64,000 bases of DNA from an uncultured virus (IMG/VR IMGVR_UViG_3300030109_002585) (lineage: Duplodnaviria; Heunggongvirae; Uroviricota; Caudoviricetes), in IMG/VR virus record IMGVR_UViG_3300030109_002585; one strand, 5' to 3'. This document shows positions 40,422-50,198 of the stretch, piece after piece (positions within the stretch are counted from its first letter, which is position 1; every line of letters begins with the position of its first letter). The notes under the pieces are model-generated. The model saw only the letters and a list, made by a program, of their open reading frames with translations, had not been told where the DNA came from and did not search any database. Made by a program: the position numbers and the translations under genes.

Positions 40422-41493
40422 CTTTTAGTTTATTTAGTTTCTTTTCGGCCTTAGCAATTTTCTTGTCAATCTTTGCTTGTTTCTTAGCCGCTTTTCGTGC
40501 CTTTCTTCGCTCTGAGCGAGAAGGTTTCTTTTCTCGTAGTGAATCGCTCACTTCATTCATTACAGAATTAGTTATTTCTGTCGCTCGCATAATCAAATCC
40601 TCGCTGTTAGAATATACGAAATCAAAGTGCTTTTCAACATGCTTTGCGATAACCCAATAAGGTCTTCCGTATCTTTCCCTTGCTTCATCAATATTCAGAT
40701 GATGGAAATAAACCAATACATCTAAAGATTCTTCTTCAGCCCACGGCTTTTGAGTATTAGGGTAACTAGATGTTCCAAAATTCAAAGTAATAGGTTTGTT
40801 TTGTTTCTTATGTTCATTTTCATAATGTTCCCTAGTACCTTGTAGTGGTTCGTCTGCCAATAGATGTTTTTCAACTTCTAACAAATGTCCCATATCATTA
40901 TTTGCAATATATTCCTGTGCTTGATTGTGTCTTAATACCCTATTCCATCTAGAAGTAACTGCCTTTTGTGTTCTATTTTCAATCATAGGCCAACCTTTTT
41001 TCTCCTTCTTCCATTCAATAAGAATAGCATCTTCTTCAGGAGTCCATCTAGACGATGTAGCAAAGTTATTCCCTCTTCTTCTATCTTCTTGTACCGCTTT
41101 CTTTGGCTTTTCTTTACTTAACATAGCAATCATGTCACCTGCAAGTTTCTTAGTAAACTGACCATTTCTTGCCGCAACCATTAATTCATCAAGAAGAGTT
41201 TCCCTTTCTTCTCTTGTACCTTCAGGTAAACTCAAACTAGCAACATACTTGCATTGTCGTCTAGTAGCAGGGTCTTCTGTCCAAACTACCTTTTTCTGTG
41301 GTTTAGGTGATGGTTCTGGCTTTTTAACCTTTAAATCGTATTTCTTTGATAGTCTAGCAATAGTCGATGAATAGTTAGATTCACTTCTTTTGGGATGGCC
41401 TTCAGCATACATTTCAAATGCTATTGTACCCCATGTTTTTCCTTCTTCTCTCTTCTTTATTGCTAATGCTATTTCTTCTGATTTCCATTTCAT
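40402..41493 (-). CDS. Multi-HTH/Myb(SANT)-like DNA-binding protein
   Basis: KWKSEE, RWTPEEDAIL...RTQKAVTSRW and PWAEEE repeats. Confidence 0.6.
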   Translation of the reverse strand: MKWKSEEIALAIKKREEGKTWGTIAFEMYAEGHPKRSESNYSSTIARLSKKYDLKVKKPEPSPKPQKKVVWTEDPATRRQCKYVASLSLPEGTREERETLLDELMVAARNGQFTKKLAGDMIAMLSKEKPKKAVQEDRRRGNNFATSSRWTPEEDAILIEWKKEKKGWPMIENRTQKAVTSRWNRVLRHNQAQEYIANNDMGHLLEVEKHLLADEPLQGTREHYENEHKKQNKPITLNFGTSSYPNTQKPWAEEESLDVLVYFHHLNIDEARERYGRPYWVIAKHVEKHFDFVYSNSEDLIMRATEITNSVMNEVSDSLREKKPSRSERRKARKAAKKQAKIDKKIAKAEKKLNKLKGDEDGI

Positions 41494-41495
41494 AT

Positions 41496-41708
41496 TTATG
41501 CCTCCAATTCTTCATTCATTTCTATTTTAAATTCCCATGTGTGGAATACTTCATGGCCTCCTAAAAAGCCACCTGCTTCTCTAATAGGGCCAATGTATCT
41601 TGACCCACAAACTTGACAGTAAACAAGAACAATTCTTTCTTCATAATAAGAACCTTTCTCGTCACTAAATTCGACTATATCTCCAATATTATCTTCGGTG
41701 TATTTCAT
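41496..41708 (-). CDS. Small Zn-finger protein
   Basis: CQVC...HEVFH. Confidence 0.5.
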   Translation of the reverse strand: MKYTEDNIGDIVEFSDEKGSYYEERIVLVYCQVCGSRYIGPIREAGGFLGGHEVFHTWEFKIEMNEELEA

Positions 41709-42265
41709 ACATTCACGACCATAAAGGATTTTACTTCTTCTTCATTAAACCAACGCTGAATCCATTGTGCGCCAATACCTGCAATTGCGGCTTGCATGAA
41801 ATGAACATTTTTATTAGTACCATCCCATGAATCACCCTGACAACTGAATGAGCCTTCCGGCCCTGCTAATAATGTATCGTACATTTTAGGGTCTGCCTGA
41901 TAAGAAATTAAAGCCGCATTACGACCTTGCGCTCTCAAATCTAACCACTTAATATCTGAATTATACATTGTTTTCCTAAGTCCTATATTATCAACACAAC
42001 TGATAACTAAATCAAAATTAGCCATTTGCTGTGCAGTTAGAATAGGAAACTTGGAACCTGTTAATACAGTCTTGTATCTATTAGCCATAGCCTGAACCTT
42101 AAATTCACCTACTTCCTCTTTTGTAAAGTTTTGATAGGTAATATTTTTTGTTTCAACCTTGTCAGGGTCGGCAATTGTAATTCTATACATATCGACTTTA
42201 TCTAATAAAGGTACTAGGAAACTCCCAATACCGCCTGTTCCAATAACTAATATTTTTCTTTTCAT
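41705..42265 (-). CDS. ThiF/E1-like ubiquitin-like activating enzyme
   Basis: GTGGIGS, DPDKVETKNITYQ, DLVISCVDN..R and WLDLR motifs; candidate catalytic Cys in FSCQ. Confidence 0.9.
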   Translation of the reverse strand: MKRKILVIGTGGIGSFLVPLLDKVDMYRITIADPDKVETKNITYQNFTKEEVGEFKVQAMANRYKTVLTGSKFPILTAQQMANFDLVISCVDNIGLRKTMYNSDIKWLDLRAQGRNAALISYQADPKMYDTLLAGPEGSFSCQGDSWDGTNKNVHFMQAAIAGIGAQWIQRWFNEEEVKSFMVVNV

Positions 42266-42266
42266 T

Positions 42267-42614
42267 CTAATCTCTCCATAATTCTATCATTTTGTTATAT
42301 TCTTCTTCACCTAAATGATTAAAAACATACGCCTCATTCTCTTTGTAGTTAAGGGGTAAGTTTTGATAATCAAGATGAGTTAATTTTCTCCCAATATTTT
42401 CTTCTATTTCTTTTTGAGTAGCAAGACGATGTAATGGCTTTTTACTCGCTTCTTCCCAGATACTATCCTTTACTACAAATAACTCAAACTTTCCATCATC
42501 CCATCTTTCTTGTCGTAATTTTTGCAATATTTTATCTTGCATATAACGACTAAGAGTTTCATTTTTAAACATTTCTTCATCTCTCATTCTAATTTCTCCA
42601 AATTTGCATTCCAT
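42267..42614 (-). CDS. Hypothetical protein
   Basis: ORF in the operon. Confidence 0.5.
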   Translation of the reverse strand: MECKFGEIRMRDEEMFKNETLSRYMQDKILQKLRQERWDDGKFELFVVKDSIWEEASKKPLHRLATQKEIEENIGRKLTHLDYQNLPLNYKENEAYVFNHLGEEEYNKMIELWRD

Positions 42615-43219
42615 CTTGTATTGTACGAATCTATTTCTTTGTTGTATTTTGTTTTGAAATGGTCTTTAGGCCACCATTCAGGCATTCTGTTTTGTCTCCA
42701 TTCAGCAAACTTCCATTTACCTTCAAGGTAATAATGTCTGTAAGACTTGATTACAAAGTCCCAATCGGGAATCCTGTTATCTTTAACTAATCTATACTTG
42801 TCATCCATAGCAATAGTTACAGGAGTAGCCCACCAAGGGTCAGCCTGAAAATCAATTGTATATGCTATATCTAGTATTCTAGATTGTGAGCCATGCTTCT
42901 TATTGTAACGATGAGTATATTCATCACAAAGAGCGCATCCGTGCGAGTATAACCATCGAGTATTGTTAGGGTTTTGTCTAGCCCATATTGTTGAAGGATG
43001 ATTTAACATAGCAGGTTTCATTAGGTTTGAACCAATATCTTTGTGAAACTCTTTTAATTGTGCAAGAGTAGGTTCTTCACCATAATGCTCAATATAGTCA
43101 AAATACAAAGCATTAGTATGTAACATCTGACAGGTTTCAGTTGGCATCTTAATTACATGCTTATCCAGCATTTGTTCTGCCGCTTCTTGTGGATTTCTTG
43201 ATAGTGCAAATATATTCAC
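42584..43219 (-). CDS. Pyrimidine-dimer DNA glycosylase-like protein
   Basis: MNIF...DKHVIKMPTETCQML...NHPSTIWAR...YRHYY. Confidence 0.7.
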   Translation of the reverse strand: MNIFALSRNPQEAAEQMLDKHVIKMPTETCQMLHTNALYFDYIEHYGEEPTLAQLKEFHKDIGSNLMKPAMLNHPSTIWARQNPNNTRWLYSHGCALCDEYTHRYNKKHGSQSRILDIAYTIDFQADPWWATPVTIAMDDKYRLVKDNRIPDWDFVIKSYRHYYLEGKWKFAEWRQNRMPEWWPKDHFKTKYNKEIDSYNTRWNANLEKLE

Positions 43220-43401
43220 AGTCTTAGCCTCCTGATTGAAGTTTCGTATGCTTTGGAAGCATACATGCCTTGAGATACTAATTGTTTGAATATCTCAATT
43301 CTCTTTTCTTCTCTTCTAACTAGCCTTTGTAAAAACTTTGGCTTGTAAAATCTATGCTCACTGGCTGGTATCTTGTCTTTCATTCTCATTTGTATCACCA
43401 T
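43216..43401 (-). CDS. Small basic hypothetical protein
   Basis: 61-aa ORF. Confidence 0.4.
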   Translation of the reverse strand: MVIQMRMKDKIPASEHRFYKPKFLQRLVRREEKRIEIFKQLVSQGMYASKAYETSIRRLRL

Positions 43402-44269
43402 ATATTATATTTCGGCCTCTTATATCGGCCATTTTGCTATATCCAAGCATTTGAATTATTTTCTTACTAGTCTTTCCTATTGCGGAAAGAGAAATGCCTG
43501 TCGATTCAGATATGTCGGATTTATTAATCCCTGAATATCTAAATATGTTTACTGCTAACCAACATACACTTGCGTAGTATGCTCTTGGTTTATTGTAACA
43601 ATGAGACTCTGTTATAGGGTCTAGTTTTGTTAATAAATCAGTAGCGTTTGAATAAAACATTACATCATCTGTAATCTTATTACATGTTTGTTTCATCATG
43701 TATGATGGGTCAGCCCCGTATAGTACATTTTTATTCATGAAGTGATTAATCATCTTCTGCACTAATCTATTTACTATTTTAATAGAACATGAGTATTCAG
43801 AACATAAATCCTTTAGAGGAAGAGGGGTTCTATTTTCCTTTAGAACATAGTACACAGTAGCAGTACACCTTGCTTCTAAGCGGATATTACCGAACAGCCC
43901 TTTTCTTTGAGCCTGTAAATAGCATTCTTCCACTCTATCCTTCAAAGGATGATTGACTTGTATAGAAGATAATATCATATTACAAGTCTGTATTCCAGCA
44001 ACAATATGTCTAGGAGTCAGAGAGTTATTGCCCCTCTTATTGAATTTGGAAGAACCTGCTCCTGTTATTACTGAACCCAATTTACCATTATCGGCTGAAT
44101 GAGTCACTTCTCCATTATTCACAAACCTAACAGTCTCTTCAAACAATTCAGTAACTACGACTAAGCCGCAATCACTACATTCTGTTTCTCCCATTCTTTC
44201 ATTGTAATTAAATACTAAACTTCCACATTCACTGCATTTCATCCATATCAACCCTATACTCATTTTCAT
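43358..44269 (-). CDS. tfb: Transcription initiation factor TFIIB/TFB homolog
   Basis: CSECGS...GETECSDCGLV Zn ribbon followed by two cyclin-like repeats. Confidence 0.85.
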   Translation of the reverse strand: MKMSIGLIWMKCSECGSLVFNYNERMGETECSDCGLVVVTELFEETVRFVNNGEVTHSADNGKLGSVITGAGSSKFNKRGNNSLTPRHIVAGIQTCNMILSSIQVNHPLKDRVEECYLQAQRKGLFGNIRLEARCTATVYYVLKENRTPLPLKDLCSEYSCSIKIVNRLVQKMINHFMNKNVLYGADPSYMMKQTCNKITDDVMFYSNATDLLTKLDPITESHCYNKPRAYYASVCWLAVNIFRYSGINKSDISESTGISLSAIGKTSKKIIQMLGYSKMADIRGRNIIYGDTNENERQDTSQ

Positions 44270-45506
44270 TACTATTTAAATATCTATTAATTGTATTGAC
44301 TCTTTTAACTGTAAGAACATCGTTTAATAACGCTAATGCTCTCGCTACGAATTGGTCGCCTACTGAAGAACCACCTGTCATATTATCAATACAAATTGGT
44401 CCTTTCCATTTAGGTTCTCTAACTGGTTTAGGAAGGCTTTCTTCAAGATTATCCATCAATTCCGTCGTTGGCATATCAGGGTTTTCTTTCACAAACAATT
44501 CATTTCTTTCTTTTATCATTGCTTCTGTTTCTGCCCAAGCATCTAACTGTTCTTTGTATGTTTCTTGTGTAACAGGAGTTGACCATACATAGGTGGAAAC
44601 CGCTTGAATGTCAGACTTGTATTGATTATCTGTTAACTTCCAATCCCAACCGGTTCCTCTAACTAACATAGTTTGAGGCTTTCCATCTTTAGAGAATGAA
44701 ACCCTAATTCTATCAGGGTATTTTGCGGCAATATCTTTAACTAAAGTTATAGCCCTTGCTTCAACAATGTTCTGTTGCCTGTTCTGCTTCAAAAACTCTT
44801 TCATGACTTTCATATCAGAAAGTTTTGGCTTCTCTTTCATCGTTCTTTCATACAACAATTCAGGAGAAACGAATGTCCACTTCTTGCTGTTTTTCTTACC
44901 ATTTAGATAAAAACCACAATAGGAATCTAATTCCCTGAATGTCATTGTTCCCCAAACGCCATCTGCTATCTCAATAGCAATTTCATTATCGGAAATCTGT
45001 TGACAATTTAATCTAACTTGTATTTTGGTAAAGTCGTCGAAGAAATGAAAGGGTATTCTATTTTCTATACAATATTTTACATTCTCAGGCATTGACAATG
45101 AAGAGTATAACGATTTCAATAATTTACCTGTATCTTTCTCAAATACAGACTTGAGTGTTAGACGGGCTAAAGCATTAGCCACTGTTGCAAGACTTTCTGT
45201 TGAACCATTAATGCTCAATCTATTCTTGGTTCTTCCAATCGCTACTAGGCATCCTCCAATACTAATTACTGAAGAAAAATCAGTGTGCGGAAGTGCGAAA
45301 TATCTGTATGTTCTTCTAGAGTTAGTTCTTCGCTTTAAGTTACTAGTCCAAAAAGCAACAAGACTCGCATGTATTGGGTCTTTCTCATTTCTTTCTCCGT
45401 AAAGAGAAACATTTTGTCTATAAGGAATCATATCTGAAGATATTTCAGTTGTCCATTCTGCTCCTGAATCATCAGGTTTTCTTATTCTTACTTGTAATTT
45501 ATTCAT
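44229..45506 (-). CDS. Hypothetical protein; C-terminal GPICID resembles the E2/UBC active-site region
   Basis: 425 aa; KGPICIDN compared with the E2 GxICLD consensus. Confidence 0.35.
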   Translation of the reverse strand: MNKLQVRIRKPDDSGAEWTTEISSDMIPYRQNVSLYGERNEKDPIHASLVAFWTSNLKRRTNSRRTYRYFALPHTDFSSVISIGGCLVAIGRTKNRLSINGSTESLATVANALARLTLKSVFEKDTGKLLKSLYSSLSMPENVKYCIENRIPFHFFDDFTKIQVRLNCQQISDNEIAIEIADGVWGTMTFRELDSYCGFYLNGKKNSKKWTFVSPELLYERTMKEKPKLSDMKVMKEFLKQNRQQNIVEARAITLVKDIAAKYPDRIRVSFSKDGKPQTMLVRGTGWDWKLTDNQYKSDIQAVSTYVWSTPVTQETYKEQLDAWAETEAMIKERNELFVKENPDMPTTELMDNLEESLPKPVREPKWKGPICIDNMTGGSSVGDQFVARALALLNDVLTVKRVNTINRYLNSNENEYRVDMDEMQ

Positions 45507-45631
45507 ATTATCACATCACATAACTATTATCTTCTATTTTATCCATGCACTCTTTGTGCATTTCTTTCTTCATATCTTCAGGGAGAAGTAATTGTCCTCC
45601 GCAAATCCTACATTTAGTAGCGACTCTTTTC

Positions 45632-46030
45632 TTATACGACCACGCACTCTCTGTATATTCGGGATTCTTTTCTTTCATTATTCCACCTATCCAATATTTC
45701 ACATACTTTACAATAACTATTACAATTTTTATTATGGTATTGTATTGCTTCTAATCTTTCATAGAAGTATTTCTTAGTATATGCTTTGAACCCCATATCC
45801 ACTGCTTCGTTGTTTTCCCACAACACTGCATAGATAGTTTGCCAAAACCTAAACCTTTTGTCTTTTTCAAGAACAATATTATCACATGCGTTGATTGCTA
45901 ATTTTATTTTTTTAATTGCTTGGTTAGACCAATCGAAGGTCTTAACAATTGACTTTAATTCGTCATATGTTAAGTTTCTGATTCGTCTATCCATGTTAAT
46001 CACCTTAGATTTCACATGCTCCGCCAGCAC
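45632..46030 (-). CDS. Hypothetical protein
   Basis: ORF; likely start MDRRIR. Confidence 0.45.
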   Translation of the reverse strand: MLAEHVKSKVINMDRRIRNLTYDELKSIVKTFDWSNQAIKKIKLAINACDNIVLEKDKRFRFWQTIYAVLWENNEAVDMGFKAYTKKYFYERLEAIQYHNKNCNSYCKVCEILDRWNNERKESRIYRECVVV

Positions 46031-47873
46031 AAGCCAATTCGCCTGTTAAGTTAGTATCATCCTGTTCTTCAATAACCTTAGTTAAGTCAATCTTCTTTAG
46101 ATTAACCATCATCTCATCGTAGGTCTTTTTATCAATTGTTTCAAATGGTGCTTGTTTGTAAGAACCACCATCATAAGGCAATACAGAAAGTCCATTGTAA
46201 TAATGTCTATTCATCCATAGCCATTCTCCCACATCATCCCATTCATCCTCCTTAACAGATAGAGTAGCGGAGACATTGTGAGTATTCAATCCATCAACAT
46301 GCCCTGTTCTAACCCATCTAATGCTGAAATTCTTGACCCTCTCCATCAAATCAAATACTGATTCATGCCGAGTTATCGAATCATCAGGTGATTTTTGAGG
46401 TATAGAAATAACAGCCTGTTCTTCAGGATTAAAGTATTCATCCTCAACTAATTCAGGATGATTATTTAATAGATAGGAATAAATTGCTTCGTTCTTACCT
46501 ACTCTAATTCTTCTAATGTAATAGTCATCATGCCATGCGTGAATACCACTACTTGTACCTAATACAAGAGAAGTAGTTCCGGCAGGTTTTACACAAGTAA
46601 TTCTTGCCGCAGGTTTTACACCAATAATCTTAGCAATTTTCTTATTCTCCTGTTTCGCCGCAAAGGAAGCCATTTCTAAATCTAGATGTTCGACTACATT
46701 TGAAGCAATACCTGTCATTGATACACCTAACAAAGAATCCTTTTCAGTATTCTTTCTCCATATCTCTCTTAGATAATGGAAATCAGTATATCCGGCTTGT
46801 AGTGTTCCTAAGAATGCCGCCGCCTTAACTCTTGATTCTAAATCTGCTTGGTCTTCAACATCAGAAGCATTGACTTCTGTTAAGTTACAGAATTGATATG
46901 GTCTTAGTGCTATTTCACAACAAGGATTAGTACCCCAATCTTTGTCATTACTGAAATAAACAGCAGGTTCACCACTGCCACTATGTTGTATTCTTTCCCA
47001 TAATCCCATAAAGAAATCTCTTGTTACTCTATGTCTAAGAATAACTGCTGAATTATTTGCTCTGCCTCTTTGTGGGTTATTCTCCCACCAAGTACCTGCT
47101 TTGCAACTAATCATCTTTGAATCGTCTGCGCTAAATAAACTAATCATAGCGGCTCTGCGAATACCTCCGGCTAATACTGCATCAGCCAAATAACACATAA
47201 TATCATGTGCTTCTATTGATTCTAATTTAGAGCCATTAGTTTTATTTTGAAGTATTCCTTCTATTTTAACTAAACATTCCCTTAATGGCTGAAAACCCGG
47301 TGCTTTTCCACCACTAGTCTTTAATAGACTTCCTTTAGGTCTAATATCAGAATAATCAAAAATAGGACTACTACTCCTAATACCGGTATAACATTCCAAA
47401 AGGATTCTAATTGAATCAGCCCATCCTTCGATAGAATCGCTAATAAGATACCTGCGTTTTCTTTCGGGATTAGGTTGAATGATTTCTGGTAATTGTTCAA
47501 TATGATGTCTTTGGACTGAATATCCAACCCCCGTTCCACCGAGAAGTAAGAACATAGCCTCGCTAAAAGATAAAAGGGAATCAATAGGCATATAAGCACA
47601 ATTATAGACCCTATTTGGACTAATTTCCACAGGCTTACCCCCAAACTGCATAGAACGCATAGAAGGGAGGACTTTCTTTGTTTTAACGAATTTTTCATAT
47701 AATTCACCTATTTCACTTGTTAATTCTGGATATTTTTTAATGTGCATGTTTCTATTTCTAGTAACTATTTCATTCCATGTTTCTCTTCTTTTCTTTTCAG
47801 GCAAATACCTTGCATATTTCATATGCACAGTAATGTCTGATAATGTCTCGATTGCTGTATTCATAGTTAACAC
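46005..47873 (-). CDS. nrdJ: Class II (B12-dependent) ribonucleotide reductase
   Basis: YNC, TNPCCEI, TCVKPAGTTS and C-terminal CAGGACEI. Confidence 0.93.
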   Translation of the reverse strand: MLTMNTAIETLSDITVHMKYARYLPEKKRRETWNEIVTRNRNMHIKKYPELTSEIGELYEKFVKTKKVLPSMRSMQFGGKPVEISPNRVYNCAYMPIDSLLSFSEAMFLLLGGTGVGYSVQRHHIEQLPEIIQPNPERKRRYLISDSIEGWADSIRILLECYTGIRSSSPIFDYSDIRPKGSLLKTSGGKAPGFQPLRECLVKIEGILQNKTNGSKLESIEAHDIMCYLADAVLAGGIRRAAMISLFSADDSKMISCKAGTWWENNPQRGRANNSAVILRHRVTRDFFMGLWERIQHSGSGEPAVYFSNDKDWGTNPCCEIALRPYQFCNLTEVNASDVEDQADLESRVKAAAFLGTLQAGYTDFHYLREIWRKNTEKDSLLGVSMTGIASNVVEHLDLEMASFAAKQENKKIAKIIGVKPAARITCVKPAGTTSLVLGTSSGIHAWHDDYYIRRIRVGKNEAIYSYLLNNHPELVEDEYFNPEEQAVISIPQKSPDDSITRHESVFDLMERVKNFSIRWVRTGHVDGLNTHNVSATLSVKEDEWDDVGEWLWMNRHYYNGLSVLPYDGGSYKQAPFETIDKKTYDEMMVNLKKIDLTKVIEEQDDTNLTGELACAGGACEI

Positions 47874-48286
47874 CTAAATTTACTGGCTTTTGGTAATTCA
47901 AATAGAGTTGAAAAGGATTCAAGCCATTCACCTTTTTTACTAATTACCCACTCTTTTTCTTCTAAGAATTGCCATTCATCGAATTGATGAAAAGCATTTG
48001 GATTATCTTCTAATAGATTACTAATAGAAGTATATCGTTTATTATTGAATATGATTATACTTTGTCCACAAGCATAGAAAAGACCATGCTTACCACGGCC
48101 TAATACATAGCCATGAGGATAAAAGTCTGGCTTGAAACAAGCCATATTTTCTTTAATTACGGGTTCAGTTAACTGCCACCCATTAATATCAAACATTATT
48201 TTAAGCGCATCGGGAGACATAAAATGCTTCAGATTCATGATTACCACACTGCAAAAAGGGGAGAATAGTTTAGGTATAAAAAGCAA
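47867..48286 (-). CDS. Hypothetical protein
   Basis: ORF; likely start MNLKHF. Confidence 0.5.
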   Translation of the reverse strand: MLFIPKLFSPFCSVVIMNLKHFMSPDALKIMFDINGWQLTEPVIKENMACFKPDFYPHGYVLGRGKHGLFYACGQSIIIFNNKRYTSISNLLEDNPNAFHQFDEWQFLEEKEWVISKKGEWLESFSTLFELPKASKFRC

Positions 48287-48336
48287 AAACCTAAACCATT
48301 CCCCCCAACAGGAGCCTAGTTAAAACTGTATTTAGT

Positions 48337-48540
48337 TTAACCGCCAACGATAGCAGGTGTCAAATCGACATCTGTAACATTAGACCAATCAATTTCAGAA
48401 ATTGATTCCCTTGCTACCATTTCCCCATTGATAAAAACCCAATGAGTCGGGTGCGTGTCTATCTGTTCAATGACTTCTTCAGAAGCCAACATCAATTCAG
48501 TGTGTCCTGTTTCGTTTAAAATTGTAATCTTAATCATCAT
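48337..48540 (-). CDS. Ubiquitin-like (ThiS/MoaD/SAMP-type beta-grasp) protein with C-terminal GG
   Basis: 67 aa; IKITIL...VFINGE...VDLTPAIVGG*. Confidence 0.8.
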   Translation of the reverse strand: MMIKITILNETGHTELMLASEEVIEQIDTHPTHWVFINGEMVARESISEIDWSNVTDVDLTPAIVGG

Positions 48541-48573
48541 ACCATCTCCGTTCTGTTCTCTCTATGTTCTCCG

Positions 48574-48584
48574 CATATATAAGG
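48574..48584 (-). promoter_or_regulatory. Archaeal TATA-like promoter (CCTTATATATG) upstream of the Ubl gene
   Basis: Identical 11-mer also at 55265-55275, upstream of gene 54733..55215. Confidence 0.55.
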
Positions 48585-48622
48585 CGAGCCGCCTATCTGT
48601 ATTTTTTCCATATTTTTCATTT

Positions 48623-49960
48623 CTATTCCTCCTTAATTCGTGTTATTTCTTTGCTTGCTTCTTTTCTAGTTAATCCTAATCTCCATTCAGGATTTTCAGG
48701 GCTATACCCCAAATCTTCTAAGTATTTAATTTGCTTAGATGTAGCCTTGGTTCTTAATATGTCTTTTAGACTATCAAGTTGATTTGCTGACAAACTATGT
48801 TTATCAGACATCTTCATTTGTATGTTTCTTAGGAAAGACATTTCCCAATCGGTCTTGCCTAGTTTACTATCAAAAGGCTCAACACCATAATATTGACACA
48901 TTTGAATAAAGTTTTCATTATCTGAATGATTGTCTAGATTACGAGTATTTTTTGCTAACCTTTCCGCCTTATCTCTAGCCATTCTTGCTTCTCTTTCTTC
49001 TCTTACAATTCTTCGCCTTTCTCTTTCTCTTTCCTGAGCAACTCTTCTTGCTTCGACATTTTCAGGAAGATTGTAAATCCGTTCTTCTTCCAACCTTTCT
49101 GCTTCTCTTCTTCTTTGGTCTTCAAGTGTACGCTGTCGCCTTGCTTCATCTCTAACCCTTCTTTCTTCTCTTCGGGCTAATTCTGCAACAGTTTTTTCTT
49201 GCTGTTGGGATAACATTACCTCATAGTTTGCTCTATGTGATATATTACACATAGCATCAAAGATAATCATATCTTGCCACAACTTATCTGTTGGATAACC
49301 TCTTGATTGAGATTGCGCCCTTGAATTATCAGGGTGTTCCCATCTCCAAACAATAGAAGCCATTTTGTAATATCTGTCAGTAGGGCTACCTTCTGATTTT
49401 TTCCTTAAAGACGATTTCCAAACATACTGTGGGTTTTCACTGTCATAGTTCCAAACTAAATTAGGATAGCCCTTTACATTAGTAAGAATATCAATTTCTT
49501 TAATCCTTTCATAGATTTCATCAAACATTTTACCATGCTGGTGCATCCATGCTTTAGCCATCATAGTCTTGGTTCTCTCTTGAATCCATTTATCAATATC
49601 TCCTTGAGTAATGTCATTAATATCCTTTCCTGTTCTTTGTGATATTTCTTTCATAATCAAGTAAGTATTAATGTGGTCTGAACCAACACATTCAACTATT
49701 CCGTTTTCTGTATTAACTATCTCAAAGTGATATACTACGCTATGACCACAAAGACATTTACCTCTTCCCATTTGTGAGTTTTCGACCCAATTAGGCATAT
49801 TGTCTTCTCCGCCCCACCAAACATTACCTGTGGCTATCCATTCTTCTTTAGCCTCTTCGTAATTATCTGCTACGGATAATTCAACCATCTTCTTCATTAA
49901 AGCCCTGTCCCATCGACCTGAACCTAATTGTCTTTTTGCTACAATAGTTTCAACCATCAT
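48623..49960 (-). CDS. Hypothetical protein with an N-terminal Zn-binding motif and a charged helix
   Basis: CLCGH...CVGSDH; E/R-rich helix; ATSKQIKYL tail. Confidence 0.6.
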   Translation of the reverse strand: MMVETIVAKRQLGSGRWDRALMKKMVELSVADNYEEAKEEWIATGNVWWGGEDNMPNWVENSQMGRGKCLCGHSVVYHFEIVNTENGIVECVGSDHINTYLIMKEISQRTGKDINDITQGDIDKWIQERTKTMMAKAWMHQHGKMFDEIYERIKEIDILTNVKGYPNLVWNYDSENPQYVWKSSLRKKSEGSPTDRYYKMASIVWRWEHPDNSRAQSQSRGYPTDKLWQDMIIFDAMCNISHRANYEVMLSQQQEKTVAELARREERRVRDEARRQRTLEDQRRREAERLEEERIYNLPENVEARRVAQERERERRRIVREEREARMARDKAERLAKNTRNLDNHSDNENFIQMCQYYGVEPFDSKLGKTDWEMSFLRNIQMKMSDKHSLSANQLDSLKDILRTKATSKQIKYLEDLGYSPENPEWRLGLTRKEASKEITRIKEE

Positions 49961-50198
49961 TCATCATCTCCAAATCTTCTTTCTCAAATTGCCTTTGTTC
50001 TTGCAAATAACCTGTTAATATCATATCTATCTTTTCAGGTAAATTACCCATAATACCTGCAATTAGTTTTCTATTCAGACTTAGCCATATTCTGTGGTGT
50101 GTATTCAATACTACTTTAGGCTCATCATCCTCATTCTGTGAAATTACAATCGGTGGTAATTCATCTGTATTTACTACTCTAAATTCAACATTTGTCAT
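49950..50198 (-). CDS. Hypothetical protein
   Basis: 82-aa ORF. Confidence 0.5.
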   Translation of the reverse strand: MTNVEFRVVNTDELPPIVISQNEDDEPKVVLNTHHRIWLSLNRKLIAGIMGNLPEKIDMILTGYLQEQRQFEKEDLEMMNDG

